DNA of 64,000 bases from Hyphomicrobiales bacterium (lineage in GTDB: Bacteria > Pseudomonadota > Alphaproteobacteria > Rhizobiales > JAJFHC01): contig CBDHYJ010000078.1 in assembly GCA_965275905.1 (NCBI GenBank), positions 10,908-74,907 on the forward strand, given 5' to 3'. Positions 12,936 through 22,241 of the stretch are shown here, piece after piece (positions within the stretch are counted from its first letter, which is position 1; each line of letters opens with the position of its first letter). The notes beneath the pieces are model-generated. The model was not told the origin of the DNA and searched no databases. It saw only the letters and a program-made list of their open reading frames with translations. The position numbers and the translations under genes are program-made.

Positions 12936-13086
12936 CGAAAATTTACTTCAAAGTTTGCGTTACTTTATTAGTATCGGTTTTATATTTATTTTCAGCAAGA
13001 AAAAGTTGTGTTACTCGGCATGCCGAAATTCAATAATTTGAATTTGGTCATTTCGGAGGGCGTTCAGATCCATGGTCTTGGGTCAC

Positions 13087-13905
13087 TCAAAAGTTCCCGC
13101 CGTCGACCCGGAATTCCTGACCGGTGCAGCCGCGCGAGGCGCGCGAGCACAGGAACAGAACCATCTCCGCGACATCGTCCTCCTTCATCTGGCGCTTGAG
13201 GCACTGGCGGTCGAGGATGGCGTCGATCTTCCCGGGCGTGATCCACAGGTCCAACTGGCGCGGCGTCAGAATGGCACCGGGCACCACCGAATTGACCCGG
13301 ATGTTGTCGCGGCCGAATTCGCGGGCGAGCGTCCGGGTCAGGCCGAATACGGCGGCCTTGCAGGTGGCGTAGACGGACAGCCCCTCTTCGCCGAGCGTCG
13401 GGGCGATGGAGCCGAAATTGACGATTGCACCGCCGCCACCGGCGGCGAGGTGCGGATGGGCGGCCTGCGCGGCGAAGAACTGATGACGCAGATTGACGTC
13501 GACCGTGCGTGCCCAGGTGTCCGCATCGACCGCGTCGACCTTGATGCGCATATCGTTGGCGGCATTGTTCACGAGGGCATAGAGGCTGCCTGTTGCCGTG
13601 GCCGCCTCGTCGATTGCAGTCTTGAGGGCATCGAGATCGGTCACATCCGTGACTGTGAAAGCCGGTTCATTGCGCACGTGCGGACGCAGCGCTTCGACGA
13701 GCCTTTTGCCGGCGTCCTCGTCGAGGTCGCAGAAATGGACGTGAGCGCCCTGACCCGCCAGAGCGGCGACGATTACCGACCCGATGCCGGTTGCGCCGCC
13801 GCTGACAAAGACGGTCCGGTCGACGAGATCGCCGAACCGGCCGGCCATGTCGGGGAGGGCGCCGGTTTCAGCGTTTTTTGCCGGCGACGGCGTCGAACTC
13901 TGCAT
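13087..13905 (-). CDS. SDR-family oxidoreductase
   Basis: ORF 13087..14067, trimmed. ATG 13905 has GGAAGGAAGGA upstream; the alternative ATG 13848 gives MAGRFGDLVDRTVFVSGG. Motifs: VSGGATGIGS (TGxxxGxG), NNAAN, YATCK (YxxxK) and C-terminal GQEFRVDGGNF. Confidence 0.85.
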   Translation of the reverse strand: MQSSTPSPAKNAETGALPDMAGRFGDLVDRTVFVSGGATGIGSVIVAALAGQGAHVHFCDLDEDAGKRLVEALRPHVRNEPAFTVTDVTDLDALKTAIDEAATATGSLYALVNNAANDMRIKVDAVDADTWARTVDVNLRHQFFAAQAAHPHLAAGGGGAIVNFGSIAPTLGEEGLSVYATCKAAVFGLTRTLAREFGRDNIRVNSVVPGAILTPRQLDLWITPGKIDAILDRQCLKRQMKEDDVAEMVLFLCSRASRGCTGQEFRVDGGNF

Positions 13906-15496
13906 CGCGTCCTTCCTTCCTCGTAACCGTGTACCGTGATCCGGCGGCCAGTCTGGTCCAGCCGCTCGTCGTACCGTCCCGCCAGCGGACCCTGATGTCG
14001 GCCGACTCGCCCGAGCCGAGACCGAAGTGGAGGTCCCCCACACCGCCGCCTGCATGACCGCCGCCAATCGCGACGAACCGCTTCTGAGTCCTGCCGCCAG
14101 ACTTCAGGGTGACCGTGGCGCCAACGGCCTGGGTGTTTGGTGCCGGCTGGCGAAGCATTATGGAAACCCAGTTCCTGTCGGGGTCGCCGCAGCTTCGATT
14201 GCGGAACAGGGACGCCGGCTGATTGCGATTGACGACGACAATGTCGAGGCAGCCGTCGCGGTCGAAATCCGCAATGGCCGCACCACGCCCGGCGGTGTTC
14301 AGCGCGATGCCGGTATTGCCGGACGCCTCAGCGAAACGGCCATCACCCTTGCCGAGCAGGATGGTGTCGGGATCAAACGCGGCGAACTGCTTCATGGTGT
14401 CCACGTTGCCCTTGACGATGAGCAGGTCGTCGAAACCGTCATTGTTGAAATCGGCGAACCCGTTGTGCCAACTGGTGGACGGCCGTGGGTCGCCGCCGGT
14501 GTGCGGGCGCTGGGACGCCGCGCCGCGCGTCCAGGCAACTTCGCCGAATCTGGGTACAGGCGGTTCTTTCGCCTCCAGGGTATAGAGCTTGTTTTCGGCC
14601 ATGTTGGTGACCGCGATCTCGGGCAGGCCGTCCTGGTCGATGTCCCGGGCCGCGAGTCCCATGCCCCAGATCTTTGCATCCTTCCAGCCGTCGGCGGCCG
14701 CGTAGAGGCGCGGTGCGGCGCCGAAGACCGACCAGAGCTGTTCGCCGCCGTCCGCATCCTGATACTCGCGGTCATTGGCGATTCTCAGATCCGCCTCGCC
14801 GGTGTTCCGCCAGTCGACGAACAGCATGGAGAGCGCGCAATGGCCCGGCGCGAGCGGCGAAGCATCCTCGTAGAGCACGCCGTCCGGGCCGGATGAAGAC
14901 GGACGCAGCAGCGTATTGGTCTCGCAGTTGCCGGTCTTTTCGAGCGGGCGGTCACGGTCGACGTAGTTGCCGACGATCAGGGTCGGAAAGTCCGCGCCGC
15001 GCGCCCATGCGGCGGCAAAGGCCGTCGACCACTTTCCTGACCCTGCAATGGCCGCGCCCTTTTCCGCGACCGTGAATCTGCAGTTGCCGGTATTCTCCAG
15101 AAGAGCATTGCGGCCGAACCGCAGCAGGAACAGATCGAGATCCGCATCATTGTCGAAGTCGATTGCGTAGACCCCGGCGACGTTCTTCAGAACGTCGTGA
15201 CCGGAGCCGGTGAGCGGCCGGACTGCGGCGAAGCGGATCTGTCCGGCCTTCTTCGTCCTGTTACGGAACAGCTGTGCCGAACCCGTGCCTCCGGCGAGAA
15301 AGAGATCGGCATCGCCGTCGCTGTCGCAATCGAATGCCGCTGCGCCTCCGCCGACGACGAAGTCCGCATTGCCGCCGAAAACATGGGAAAGGCCGGCCGA
15401 TGACGCCTGTTCGGAGAAAATGACAGGCGCCGGACCGGCGAATGCCGGTGAAACCGGGAGAAACGCGGCCAGCAGGATCGTAAATAGTCGTTGCAT
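13868..15496 (-). CDS. secreted FG-GAP/VCBS repeat protein with ASPIC/UnbV-like C-terminal domain
   Basis: Signal peptide MQRLFTILLAAFLPVSPAFAGPAP. Repeated Ca-binding-like DxDxDG motifs (FDCDSDGDADLFL, DFDNDADLDLFL, DIDQDGLPEIAV, DFNNDGFDDLLIV, DFDRDGCLDIVVVN). The C-terminus (GATVTLKSGGRTQKRFVAIGGGHAGG...DIRVRWRDGTTSGW) is typical of ASPIC/UnbV. Confidence 0.85.
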   Translation of the reverse strand: MQRLFTILLAAFLPVSPAFAGPAPVIFSEQASSAGLSHVFGGNADFVVGGGAAAFDCDSDGDADLFLAGGTGSAQLFRNRTKKAGQIRFAAVRPLTGSGHDVLKNVAGVYAIDFDNDADLDLFLLRFGRNALLENTGNCRFTVAEKGAAIAGSGKWSTAFAAAWARGADFPTLIVGNYVDRDRPLEKTGNCETNTLLRPSSSGPDGVLYEDASPLAPGHCALSMLFVDWRNTGEADLRIANDREYQDADGGEQLWSVFGAAPRLYAAADGWKDAKIWGMGLAARDIDQDGLPEIAVTNMAENKLYTLEAKEPPVPRFGEVAWTRGAASQRPHTGGDPRPSTSWHNGFADFNNDGFDDLLIVKGNVDTMKQFAAFDPDTILLGKGDGRFAEASGNTGIALNTAGRGAAIADFDRDGCLDIVVVNRNQPASLFRNRSCGDPDRNWVSIMLRQPAPNTQAVGATVTLKSGGRTQKRFVAIGGGHAGGGVGDLHFGLGSGESADIRVRWRDGTTSGWTRLAAGSRYTVTRKEGRDAEFDAVAGKKR

Positions 15497-15632
15497 TTAT
15501 TTCACAGGGCGAATTTAAGGATTCGACAAATCAGCAGTTTGACGTGTCGATTGGTTCAGGATTGGCGTCTCTCTATCAGGTTTTGGGGCCTGCAGCTTCG
15601 ATTGTTGACTCATCGACCAGCCTCTGGCAAGA

Positions 15633-15657
15633 ATATATTTCGGTTAATAAAATATAT
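15633..15657. promoter_or_regulatory. AT-rich palindrome upstream of xylF (candidate operator/promoter element)
   Basis: ATATATTT-N9-AAATATAT, 8-bp perfect arms, 65 nt upstream of the xylF ATG in an otherwise GC-rich intergenic region. Confidence 0.25.
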
Positions 15658-15721
15658 AACGACATTTTCGTGAGCCGAGGAACCGGGCGGCTCGCGCCCG
15701 GCGATCTAGGGAGATCAATCC

Positions 15722-16771
15722 ATGAAAACTCGCAGAATACTGGCTTCAGCCGCTGTCTTTGGCCTTGCGCTGGGCGGCGCGCTGGCCATCTCGGCGGCAA
15801 AGGCCGCTGATCTCGTCATCGGGGTCAGCTGGTCGAATTTCCAGGAAGAACGCTGGAAGACCGATGAGGCCGCGATCAAGAAGGCGCTCGACGCCGCGGG
15901 TGCGCAATATATCAGCACGGATGCGCAGAGCTCGACTGCCAAGCAACTGTCCGATGTTGAAAGTCTGATCGGACGCGGTGCGAATGCACTGATCATTCTC
16001 GCGCAGGACGCCTCGGCCATCGGCCCGGCCGTCCGCAAGGCGGAGCAGGAGGGCATTCCGGTGGTCGGCTATGACCGCCTGATTGAAGATGCCGGCGTTT
16101 TCTACCTGACATTCGACAATGTCGAGGTCGGACGGATGCAGGCCCGTGCGGTGCTCGAGGCGCAGCCCAAGGGCAACTACGTTTTCATCAAGGGCTCCCC
16201 GCAGGACCCGAACGCTGACTTCCTTCACGGCGGCCAGCTCGAGGTGCTCAAGGCGGCCATGGATTCCGGTGACATCAAGGTTGTCGGCAACCAGTACACC
16301 GACGGCTGGCTGCCGGCCAATGCACAGCGCAATATGGAGCAGATCCTGACCAAGAACGACAACAAGGTCGATGCCGTCGTGGCCTCCAATGACGGAACGG
16401 CGGGCGGCGTCGTGGCGGCGCTGACCGCTCAAGGGATGGAAGGTCTGCCGGTCTCGGGACAGGACGGCGACCATGCAGCGTTGAACCGGGTGGCGCTCGG
16501 AACGCAGACCGTGTCGGTGTGGAAGGACGCGAGGGAACTTGGAAAGGCCGCTGGCGAGATCGCCGTAGCGCTGGCCAAGGGATCGAAGATGGCCGATGTG
16601 GCAGGCGCCGAGATGTGGAAGAGTCCCAAGGGATTGAGCCTCACCTCAAGGTTCCTGAAGCCGGTTCCGATCACCCGAGACAACCTCAATGTTGTTGTCG
16701 ACGCGGGATGGGTCGCGAAGGACGTCGTCTGCAAGGGCGTCAAGGCCGGGGCGGTTGCCGTCTGCAACTGA
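15722..16771 (+). CDS. xylF: D-xylose ABC transporter substrate-binding protein
   Basis: Signal peptide, then strong resemblance along the whole length to E. coli XylF (ERWKTD.., GYDRLI.., [11 protein letters not shown].., [15 protein letters not shown].., DGWLPANAQ.., [14 protein letters not shown].., VSGQDGD). Confidence 0.9.
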   Translation: MKTRRILASAAVFGLALGGALAISAAKAADLVIGVSWSNFQEERWKTDEAAIKKALDAAGAQYISTDAQSSTAKQLSDVESLIGRGANALIILAQDASAIGPAVRKAEQEGIPVVGYDRLIEDAGVFYLTFDNVEVGRMQARAVLEAQPKGNYVFIKGSPQDPNADFLHGGQLEVLKAAMDSGDIKVVGNQYTDGWLPANAQRNMEQILTKNDNKVDAVVASNDGTAGGVVAALTAQGMEGLPVSGQDGDHAALNRVALGTQTVSVWKDARELGKAAGEIAVALAKGSKMADVAGAEMWKSPKGLSLTSRFLKPVPITRDNLNVVVDAGWVAKDVVCKGVKAGAVAVCN

Positions 16772-16785
16772 GTAAACTTGCACGG

Positions 16786-16817
16786 GGCGGCGGGTCGGCA
16801 AAAGCTGTGCCGCCGCC
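16786..16817 (+). other. intercistronic GC stem-loop between xylF and xylH
   Basis: ggcggcgg ... ccgccgcc forms an 8-bp perfect stem with a 16-nt loop, 15 nt after the xylF stop. This is the usual position for mRNA-stabilising or attenuating hairpins after binding-protein genes. Confidence 0.4.
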
Positions 16818-16878
16818 GGTAGGCAGCCGCGAAGAGCATTCTCCCACCTGAGACCGGCGGGGACAGCGCTGCGGCAAC

Positions 16879-18249
16879 ATGGATCCTGAAAGCATCGCCA
16901 TGTCGTCTTCAACAGAAAGCTCAGCCGGATCCGCCGAACAGGCGCCGGCGGATACCGAAACGCACGAACCGCAGACGCAGGCCTCCGGCGGGGCGATGGG
17001 CATGCTCCGGGCAATGGAAGTCGATACGCGTCTGCTTGGCATGGTTGTCGCACTTGTCGTCATCTGGATCATCTTCGACCTGTGGACCGGCGGGCGGTTC
17101 ATAACGCCGCGCAACATGTTCAACCTGTCGGTCCAGACGGCCTCCGTCGCCGTGATGGCGACGGGCATGGTGTTCATCATCGTGGCGCGCCACATCGATC
17201 TTTCGGTCGGCTCCATGCTGGGCCTGATCGCCATGGTGATGGGGGTGGTCCAGGCCGAAATGCTGCCGTCCGCGCTCGGGTTCAATCATCCGGCAACGTG
17301 GGTCATCACGATTCTTGTCGGGCTGGCGCTGGGCGCCCTGATCGGAGGCACGCAAGGCTACATCGTCGGCTATCTGGGCGTTCCGGCTTTCATCGTTACG
17401 CTCGGCGGTCTGCTGGTCTGGCGGGGCGCCGCGTGGTGGGTCACTCAGGGACGCACCGTGGCGCCGCTGGACGAGAATTTCACCATCTTCGGCGGCGGGG
17501 TGGCGGGCACCCTCGGCAGTACCTGGAGCTGGGTGTTCGGCGCGGTTGCGGTGGCCGCGATCGTTTTCGCCGCGGTCCGCGGCCGCCGCCAGCGCAAGCT
17601 GTTCGACTTTCCGCTGAAGCCGATGTGGGCCGAATACACCAACGTGTCGGTGCTGACGGTGGTGGTGCTCGGGTTCGTCTGGATAATGAACAGCTATCCG
17701 GTGCCGCCGCGTGCCGCGCAGCGTCTTGCCGAGGCGCGCGGCTGGGAGGTCCCGCCGGAAGGCCTCTCCCTGATGCACGGTATCGCCATACCCGTTGTCT
17801 GCGTGGCCGTGATCGCTGTGGCGATGACCATCATCGCCAAGCGCACCAAGTTCGGACGCTACATCTTTGCCATCGGCGGCAATCCGCAGGCTGCGGATCT
17901 CTCAGGCATCGATACAAGGCGTATCACATTCTACATCTTCACGCTGATGGGCGTCCTGTGCGCACTCTCCGCCGTGATTGCCTCGGCGAGGCTGCAGTCC
18001 GCCGCCAACGATCTCGGCACGCTCGACGAGTTGCGCGTGATCGCGGCAGCCGTCATCGGCGGTTCGTCGCTCGCAGGCGGTATCGGCACGATCTACGGCG
18101 CGATCCTCGGCGCGCTGGTGATGCAGAGCCTGCAGAGCGGCATGGCGCTGGTCGGCGTCAACACCTCGTTGCAGTCGATTGTCATCGGCCTTGTTCTCAT
18201 CCTGGCGGTATGGGTCGATCAGGTCTACCGCCGCCGGCTCCAGGAGTGA
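16879..18249 (+). CDS. xylH: sugar (xylose-type) ABC transporter permease
   Basis: 456-aa polytopic protein with CUT2-type permease signatures ([15 protein letters not shown].., [10 protein letters not shown].., [32 protein letters not shown]). The start could also be ATG 16900. Confidence 0.85.
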   Translation: MDPESIAMSSSTESSAGSAEQAPADTETHEPQTQASGGAMGMLRAMEVDTRLLGMVVALVVIWIIFDLWTGGRFITPRNMFNLSVQTASVAVMATGMVFIIVARHIDLSVGSMLGLIAMVMGVVQAEMLPSALGFNHPATWVITILVGLALGALIGGTQGYIVGYLGVPAFIVTLGGLLVWRGAAWWVTQGRTVAPLDENFTIFGGGVAGTLGSTWSWVFGAVAVAAIVFAAVRGRRQRKLFDFPLKPMWAEYTNVSVLTVVVLGFVWIMNSYPVPPRAAQRLAEARGWEVPPEGLSLMHGIAIPVVCVAVIAVAMTIIAKRTKFGRYIFAIGGNPQAADLSGIDTRRITFYIFTLMGVLCALSAVIASARLQSAANDLGTLDELRVIAAAVIGGSSLAGGIGTIYGAILGALVMQSLQSGMALVGVNTSLQSIVIGLVLILAVWVDQVYRRRLQE

Positions 18250-18256
18250 GGGCACC

Positions 18257-19054
18257 ATGACGCAGCAAAACGGATCAACGCCGCTCGTCGAGATGCGCAA
18301 TATCAGTGTGAGCTTCGGCGGCATCAAGGCTGTCGACGACGTTACCTGCAACCTCTTTCCCGGCGAGGTGGTCGGACTGCTCGGCCACAACGGTGCCGGC
18401 AAGTCGACGTTGATCAAGGTGCTGTCGGGTGCCTATCAGGCCAATGCGGGGGAGATACATATCAACGGTGACAAGGCCGACATCAGCACGGCGCGGGATG
18501 CCCGCAAGTACAATATCGAGACCATCTACCAGACGCTCGCGCTGGCAGACAATCTCGACGCCGCGGCCAACCTGTTTCTCGGCCGCGAACTGGTGTCGCC
18601 GACCGGCATGCTCGACGACGTCAAGATGGAGGCCGAGACCCGCGAGATCATGGGCCGGCTGAACCCGAACTTCCGCAAGTTCTCTGCTCCCGTTTCCGCG
18701 TTGTCCGGTGGCCAGCGGCAGTCCGTGGCGATTGCGCGCGCGGTCTATTTCAACGCACGCATTCTGATCATGGACGAGCCGACGGCCGCACTCGGCATTC
18801 AGGAGACCGCGATGGTGGCCGACCTGATCAAGCAGCTCAAATCGGAAGGCATCGGCATCTTCCTGATCAGTCACGACATCCACGACGTCTTCGACCTTGC
18901 GGACCGGCTGACCGTGATGAAGAACGGCCGGCTCGTCGGGACGGTGAAAACTGAAGACGTCAGCCAGGATGATGTGCTCGGCATGATCATTCTCGGCAAG
19001 CGGCCTGAGGGCGTGCACGTCGAAGGGGCGGAGATGGAGACGCCCGTTGCCTGA
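18257..19054 (+). CDS. sugar ABC transporter ATP-binding protein (single NBD, 265 aa)
   Basis: ORF 18179..19054 trimmed to ATG 18257, 5 nt after the permease stop. Walker [10 protein letters not shown], signature LSGGQRQ, Walker B ILIMDEPT. Confidence 0.9.
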   Translation: MTQQNGSTPLVEMRNISVSFGGIKAVDDVTCNLFPGEVVGLLGHNGAGKSTLIKVLSGAYQANAGEIHINGDKADISTARDARKYNIETIYQTLALADNLDAAANLFLGRELVSPTGMLDDVKMEAETREIMGRLNPNFRKFSAPVSALSGGQRQSVAIARAVYFNARILIMDEPTAALGIQETAMVADLIKQLKSEGIGIFLISHDIHDVFDLADRLTVMKNGRLVGTVKTEDVSQDDVLGMIILGKRPEGVHVEGAEMETPVA

Positions 19055-19063
19055 GGTGGCGCC

Positions 19064-20255
19064 GTGAACATACAGGACGCTCCGATGGATACTCCGCGCC
19101 TGCGGATCCTTGACCACGTCCGGCGCAAGGGCGCGATCTCGCGCATCGACCTTTCGGAGCAGATCGGCATCTCGCCCGCCACCGTCTCGGTGCTCTGCGC
19201 GGAGCTGATCGAGAACGGCCTGTGCCGGGATGCCGCCGAGACGGTCATGGCACCCAACCGGCGCGGCCGGCCGAAGACGATGCTGCAGCTGACGCCGGAT
19301 GCGGCCTACGCGTGCGGGGTCAAGGTGTCGATGCACCGGATTGCCGTGACGGTGACCGACTTCTGCGGCGAGGTCGTTCACGCGCGAACGCAGAATGTCC
19401 GTGCCAAGGACGAGAGCGCGGAAAAGATTGCCGACATCTGCGCCGATCTGGTGGATGGCGCCATCGCGTATTCGCAGATCGACCGGGAAAGGCTGGCCGG
19501 TATCGGCGTCGGCTTACCCGGTTTCGTCAGCTATCCGGACGGCGTGGTCTACTGGAGTCCGGTATTCGGCGACCGGCGGGTGGACTTCAAGGCGCTTCTG
19601 GAAGAGCGCATGGAGTCGAACGTGCTGGTCGACAACGACGCCAATCTGGCGACGGTCGCGGAACGCTGGTTCGGCCACGGCCGTGACGTCGACAACTTCG
19701 TGGTCATCACGGTGGAGCATGGCGTCGGCATGGGGATGTACGCCAACGCGCGGCTGGTGCGCGGCATGCGCGGGTTCAGCGGCGAGTTCGGCCACACCAA
19801 GATCCAGCTCGACGGTGCCCTGTGCCGCTGCGGCCAGCGCGGCTGTGTCGAGGCCTATGTGGCCGACTACCGCGATCGCCCGCGACGCGGCGGTGTTCGG
19901 TAGCTCGGCCGATCTGGACGATCCGTCCGCCGTGCAGGCCACGGTCGAAGCGCTCATGGAAAAGGCGCGTGCCAGCGACGAGGCGGCCGGCGCCCTGTTC
20001 GACCGTGCGGGCCAGCGGCTGGGGGCGGCGATCGCAAATATCGTGAATATCTTCAATCCGCCGCTTGTCATCATTTCCGGCGCGCGGGCGACCTATGCCG
20101 ACTCGGTGTTCTTCAGTTCCATGGAGCGCGCGCTGGAACGGTTTCAGTTGATCTCGGAACTGCAGCAGCCGCGCATCGAGGTGCACGGTTGGGGCGATGA
20201 CGTCTGGGCGCGCGGAGCGGCGGCATTGGTACTTGAAGCGCACGTGGCGCAATAG
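19064..20255 (+). pseudogene. ROK-family transcriptional regulator (XylR/NagC-like) interrupted by a +1 frameshift near 19870/19871
   Basis: Frame 1 (19064..19903) carries a wHTH and the ROK core up to CRCGQRGCVEAYVADY, then ends in RDRPRRGGVR*. The next frame continues the family-typical sequence without a gap: AIARDAAVFG...GQRLGAAIANIVNIFNPPLVIISG...ARGAAALVLE, to 20255. Deleting one C from gactaCCgcg restores a 396-aa ORF (1192 nt minus 1 = 397 codons). Confidence 0.75.
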
Positions 20256-20269
20256 TAGCGGCAGAGATT

Positions 20270-21163
20270 ATGCGGCAGACCGTTGTCCTGCGTTCACCTC
20301 CGCACGAAGCCGTGCTTTCGCCGGACATCGGCGGGTCACTGCTGCGATTCTCCACGAAACAGCCCGATGGCGAGACGTGGCACTGGCTCAGGCCGGCCGC
20401 CGATGACGTGGCCTGCGCACTTGAGACGGCCTGTTTCCCAATGCTGCCGTTCTGCAACCGCATTGCCGACGCGCGGTTCTGCTATGGCGGGAAGGACGTC
20501 CGACTCGCTGCGAACTTTCCGCCCGAGCCTCACGCCATTCACGGTGTGGGCTGGCAGTCCTCCTGGCAGGTGTCCCGCGCCGCTGGAAAGCAGGTCGTTT
20601 TGCGGTTTGATCATGATGGTGGAGGATGGCCCTGGCCATTCACGGCGACTCAGAGTTGTTCGCTCGCGGACGACGGACTGACGATCGAACTCGCCGTCCG
20701 CAACCGTTCGAACGAGACCATGCCGTCCGGCCTCGGCCTGCATCCATACTTTGCACGGAACGGAGCAGTCTCCGTGACCGCGCCGGCGCAGGAACTCTGG
20801 TTCAACGACGGCCGCAACCTTCCGTTCGCGCGCGTCTCGAAGGACCCGCTGCTCGACGCGCTGAAAGGCGGCAGTCCGCTGCCGTCAGGCTATGACAACC
20901 AGATTTCCGGCTGGACGGGCAGGGCCGACATCGTCTGGCAAGACACACGACACCGCCTGACCTTGAGCACATCGCCCGCGCTCAGCAGAGCCGTCGTCTA
21001 TTCGCCTGCGGACGAACCGTTCTTCTGCTTCGAGCCGGTTACCCATGCCTGGAACGCGCTCGGCGGCAGTCCGGCGCGTCACGCCGAACGCGGCGTGATT
21101 GCGCTCGCTCCTGGCCAGACCCACACCCTGTCGGTGCGCTTGGCGGTCGGCTCTGACAATTGA
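20270..21163 (+). CDS. aldose 1-epimerase family protein
   Basis: 297 aa with FPMLPFCNRI, HGVGW and GLHPYF motifs typical of the galM-like aldose epimerase superfamily. It sits at the end of the sugar-uptake cluster. Confidence 0.85.
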   Translation: MRQTVVLRSPPHEAVLSPDIGGSLLRFSTKQPDGETWHWLRPAADDVACALETACFPMLPFCNRIADARFCYGGKDVRLAANFPPEPHAIHGVGWQSSWQVSRAAGKQVVLRFDHDGGGWPWPFTATQSCSLADDGLTIELAVRNRSNETMPSGLGLHPYFARNGAVSVTAPAQELWFNDGRNLPFARVSKDPLLDALKGGSPLPSGYDNQISGWTGRADIVWQDTRHRLTLSTSPALSRAVVYSPADEPFFCFEPVTHAWNALGGSPARHAERGVIALAPGQTHTLSVRLAVGSDN

Positions 21164-21180
21164 TCCGCGCGCGCAATCCG

Positions 21181-21894
21181 CTATTCGATTACCCAGGTCA
21201 TCGAAACGGTGATGCTGAGGCTCTGCTCGCCGGCCTGCACCGGAACGGAGTCGGCGGCTTCCATCCGGGCGGCGGCAAAGCGCACGGGCTGCGGCTGGAA
21301 GCCGCCGGATTCGCTGATCGTAATGATGGGGCCGAGCGTCACGCCGGCGGCTTCGGCATAGAGCGCCGCCTTGCGCCTGGCGTCCGCCACGGCGCGACGG
21401 CGGGCCTCGTCGCGCAGTTCCTTCGGATCGGCAATGGAGAAGCGGATACCGTCAATGGTGTTCGACCCGAGAGACACCACGGCATCGAGCGTTTCGCCAA
21501 GCCTGGCGATGTCGCGGACGACAACGGCGACCCGGTTCGACACGCGGTAGCCCCGGATCTTCGGCGGACGCCCGTCCTTGTAGCGCTGGTACTGCGGGCC
21601 GACATTGAAGTTCGAGGTCTGAATGTCGTTCTCGGCGATGCCGCGTCCCTTGAGGCCCTCGATCACCTCGGCCATCGCGGTGTTGTTGGCGGTGAGCGCC
21701 TCGCGGGCGGTCCGCCCCTCGACAACCACGCCGGTCGTGATACGCGCGACGTCGGGCGGCGCGGTTACCTCGCCGGTGCCGGCCAGCGTCATTGTACGGG
21801 GCTGCGCATTGTCAGCGGCGTCGGCCGCGAGAGGTGAGACGAGCAGCGCAAGCGTGGCGATCAGGGGCAGGGCGGTGCGCGGAAGAACGGTCAT
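21181..21894 (-). CDS. SIMPL-domain periplasmic protein (BP26/OMP28-like)
   Basis: Signal peptide, then GTGEVTAPPDVARITTGV...REALTANNTAMAEVIEGLK...IQTSNFNVGPQY...GYRVSNRVAVVVRD, as in DUF541/SIMPL 26-kDa periplasmic proteins. Confidence 0.85.
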   Translation of the reverse strand: MTVLPRTALPLIATLALLVSPLAADAADNAQPRTMTLAGTGEVTAPPDVARITTGVVVEGRTAREALTANNTAMAEVIEGLKGRGIAENDIQTSNFNVGPQYQRYKDGRPPKIRGYRVSNRVAVVVRDIARLGETLDAVVSLGSNTIDGIRFSIADPKELRDEARRRAVADARRKAALYAEAAGVTLGPIITISESGGFQPQPVRFAAARMEAADSVPVQAGEQSLSITVSMTWVIE

Positions 21895-22018
21895 GGCGGA
21901 TCAGTCCTTGTTTATGGTCTGGCGGATATATAGCAATGAAATGGCGTGGACGAAGGGCCAATGCGCGCCGTGTCGGGTAACGGGCTCTCAGGTGGACCGG
22001 CGGTGGCGCAATGGGGCT

Positions 22019-22046
22019 TTGGCAAGCCTGGCAATTCTGCTATAGC
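22019..22046 (+). promoter_or_regulatory. candidate sigma-70 promoter for the tRNA
   Basis: TTGGCA-N16-TATAGC; the -10 element ends 45 nt before the mature tRNA 5' end. Confidence 0.3.
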
Positions 22047-22091
22047 AGGCGCTGCGTGAACGGTGCATGAACCGGCGTTCCCGCACAGCGT

Positions 22092-22168
22092 GGGCCTGTA
22101 GCTCAGTTGGTTAGAGCCGACCGCTCATAACGGTCTGGTCGCAGGTTCGAGTCCTGCCGGGCCCACCA
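22092..22168 (+). tRNA. tRNA with CAT anticodon (elongator Met, or Ile2 read after lysidine modification)
   Basis: Full cloverleaf folded by hand: acceptor gggcctg/cgggccc, D-arm gctc-agttggttag-agc, anticodon stem gaccg/cggtc with loop ctCATaa, T-arm gcagg-ttcgagt-cctgc, discriminator A, encoded CCA. It is not an initiator (no 1:72 mismatch, no GGG/CCC anticodon stem). Confidence 0.93.
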
Positions 22169-22171
22169 TTC
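22150..22171 (+). repeat. direct repeat copy 1 (tRNA 3' end; att-like)
   Basis: agtcctgccgggcccaccattc is identical to 25489-25510. Confidence 0.9.
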
Positions 22172-22241
22172 AGTTCCCTGACGAGTTAGCAAACCGTCAG
22201 TGTAATAAGAGCCATCGTGCAAAGCGATTCCTTGAACAATT

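Larger units (their letters stand above)
10630..13070. mobile_element. AT-rich islet (probable horizontally acquired DNA; boundaries approximate)
   Basis: Composition drops abruptly (15/60 G+C in 12001-12060 versus 37/60 in 1-60) between the rpoD terminator and the SDR gene stop. I found no flanking repeats or recombinase by eye. Confidence 0.5.

Noticed and set aside
13026-13045. A/T-only hairpin aaattcaa-taat-ttgaattt near the SDR gene 3' end
   Set aside because: The stem is entirely A/T, there is no U-tract in the correct orientation, and such palindromes arise easily in AT-rich DNA. It is not called as a terminator.
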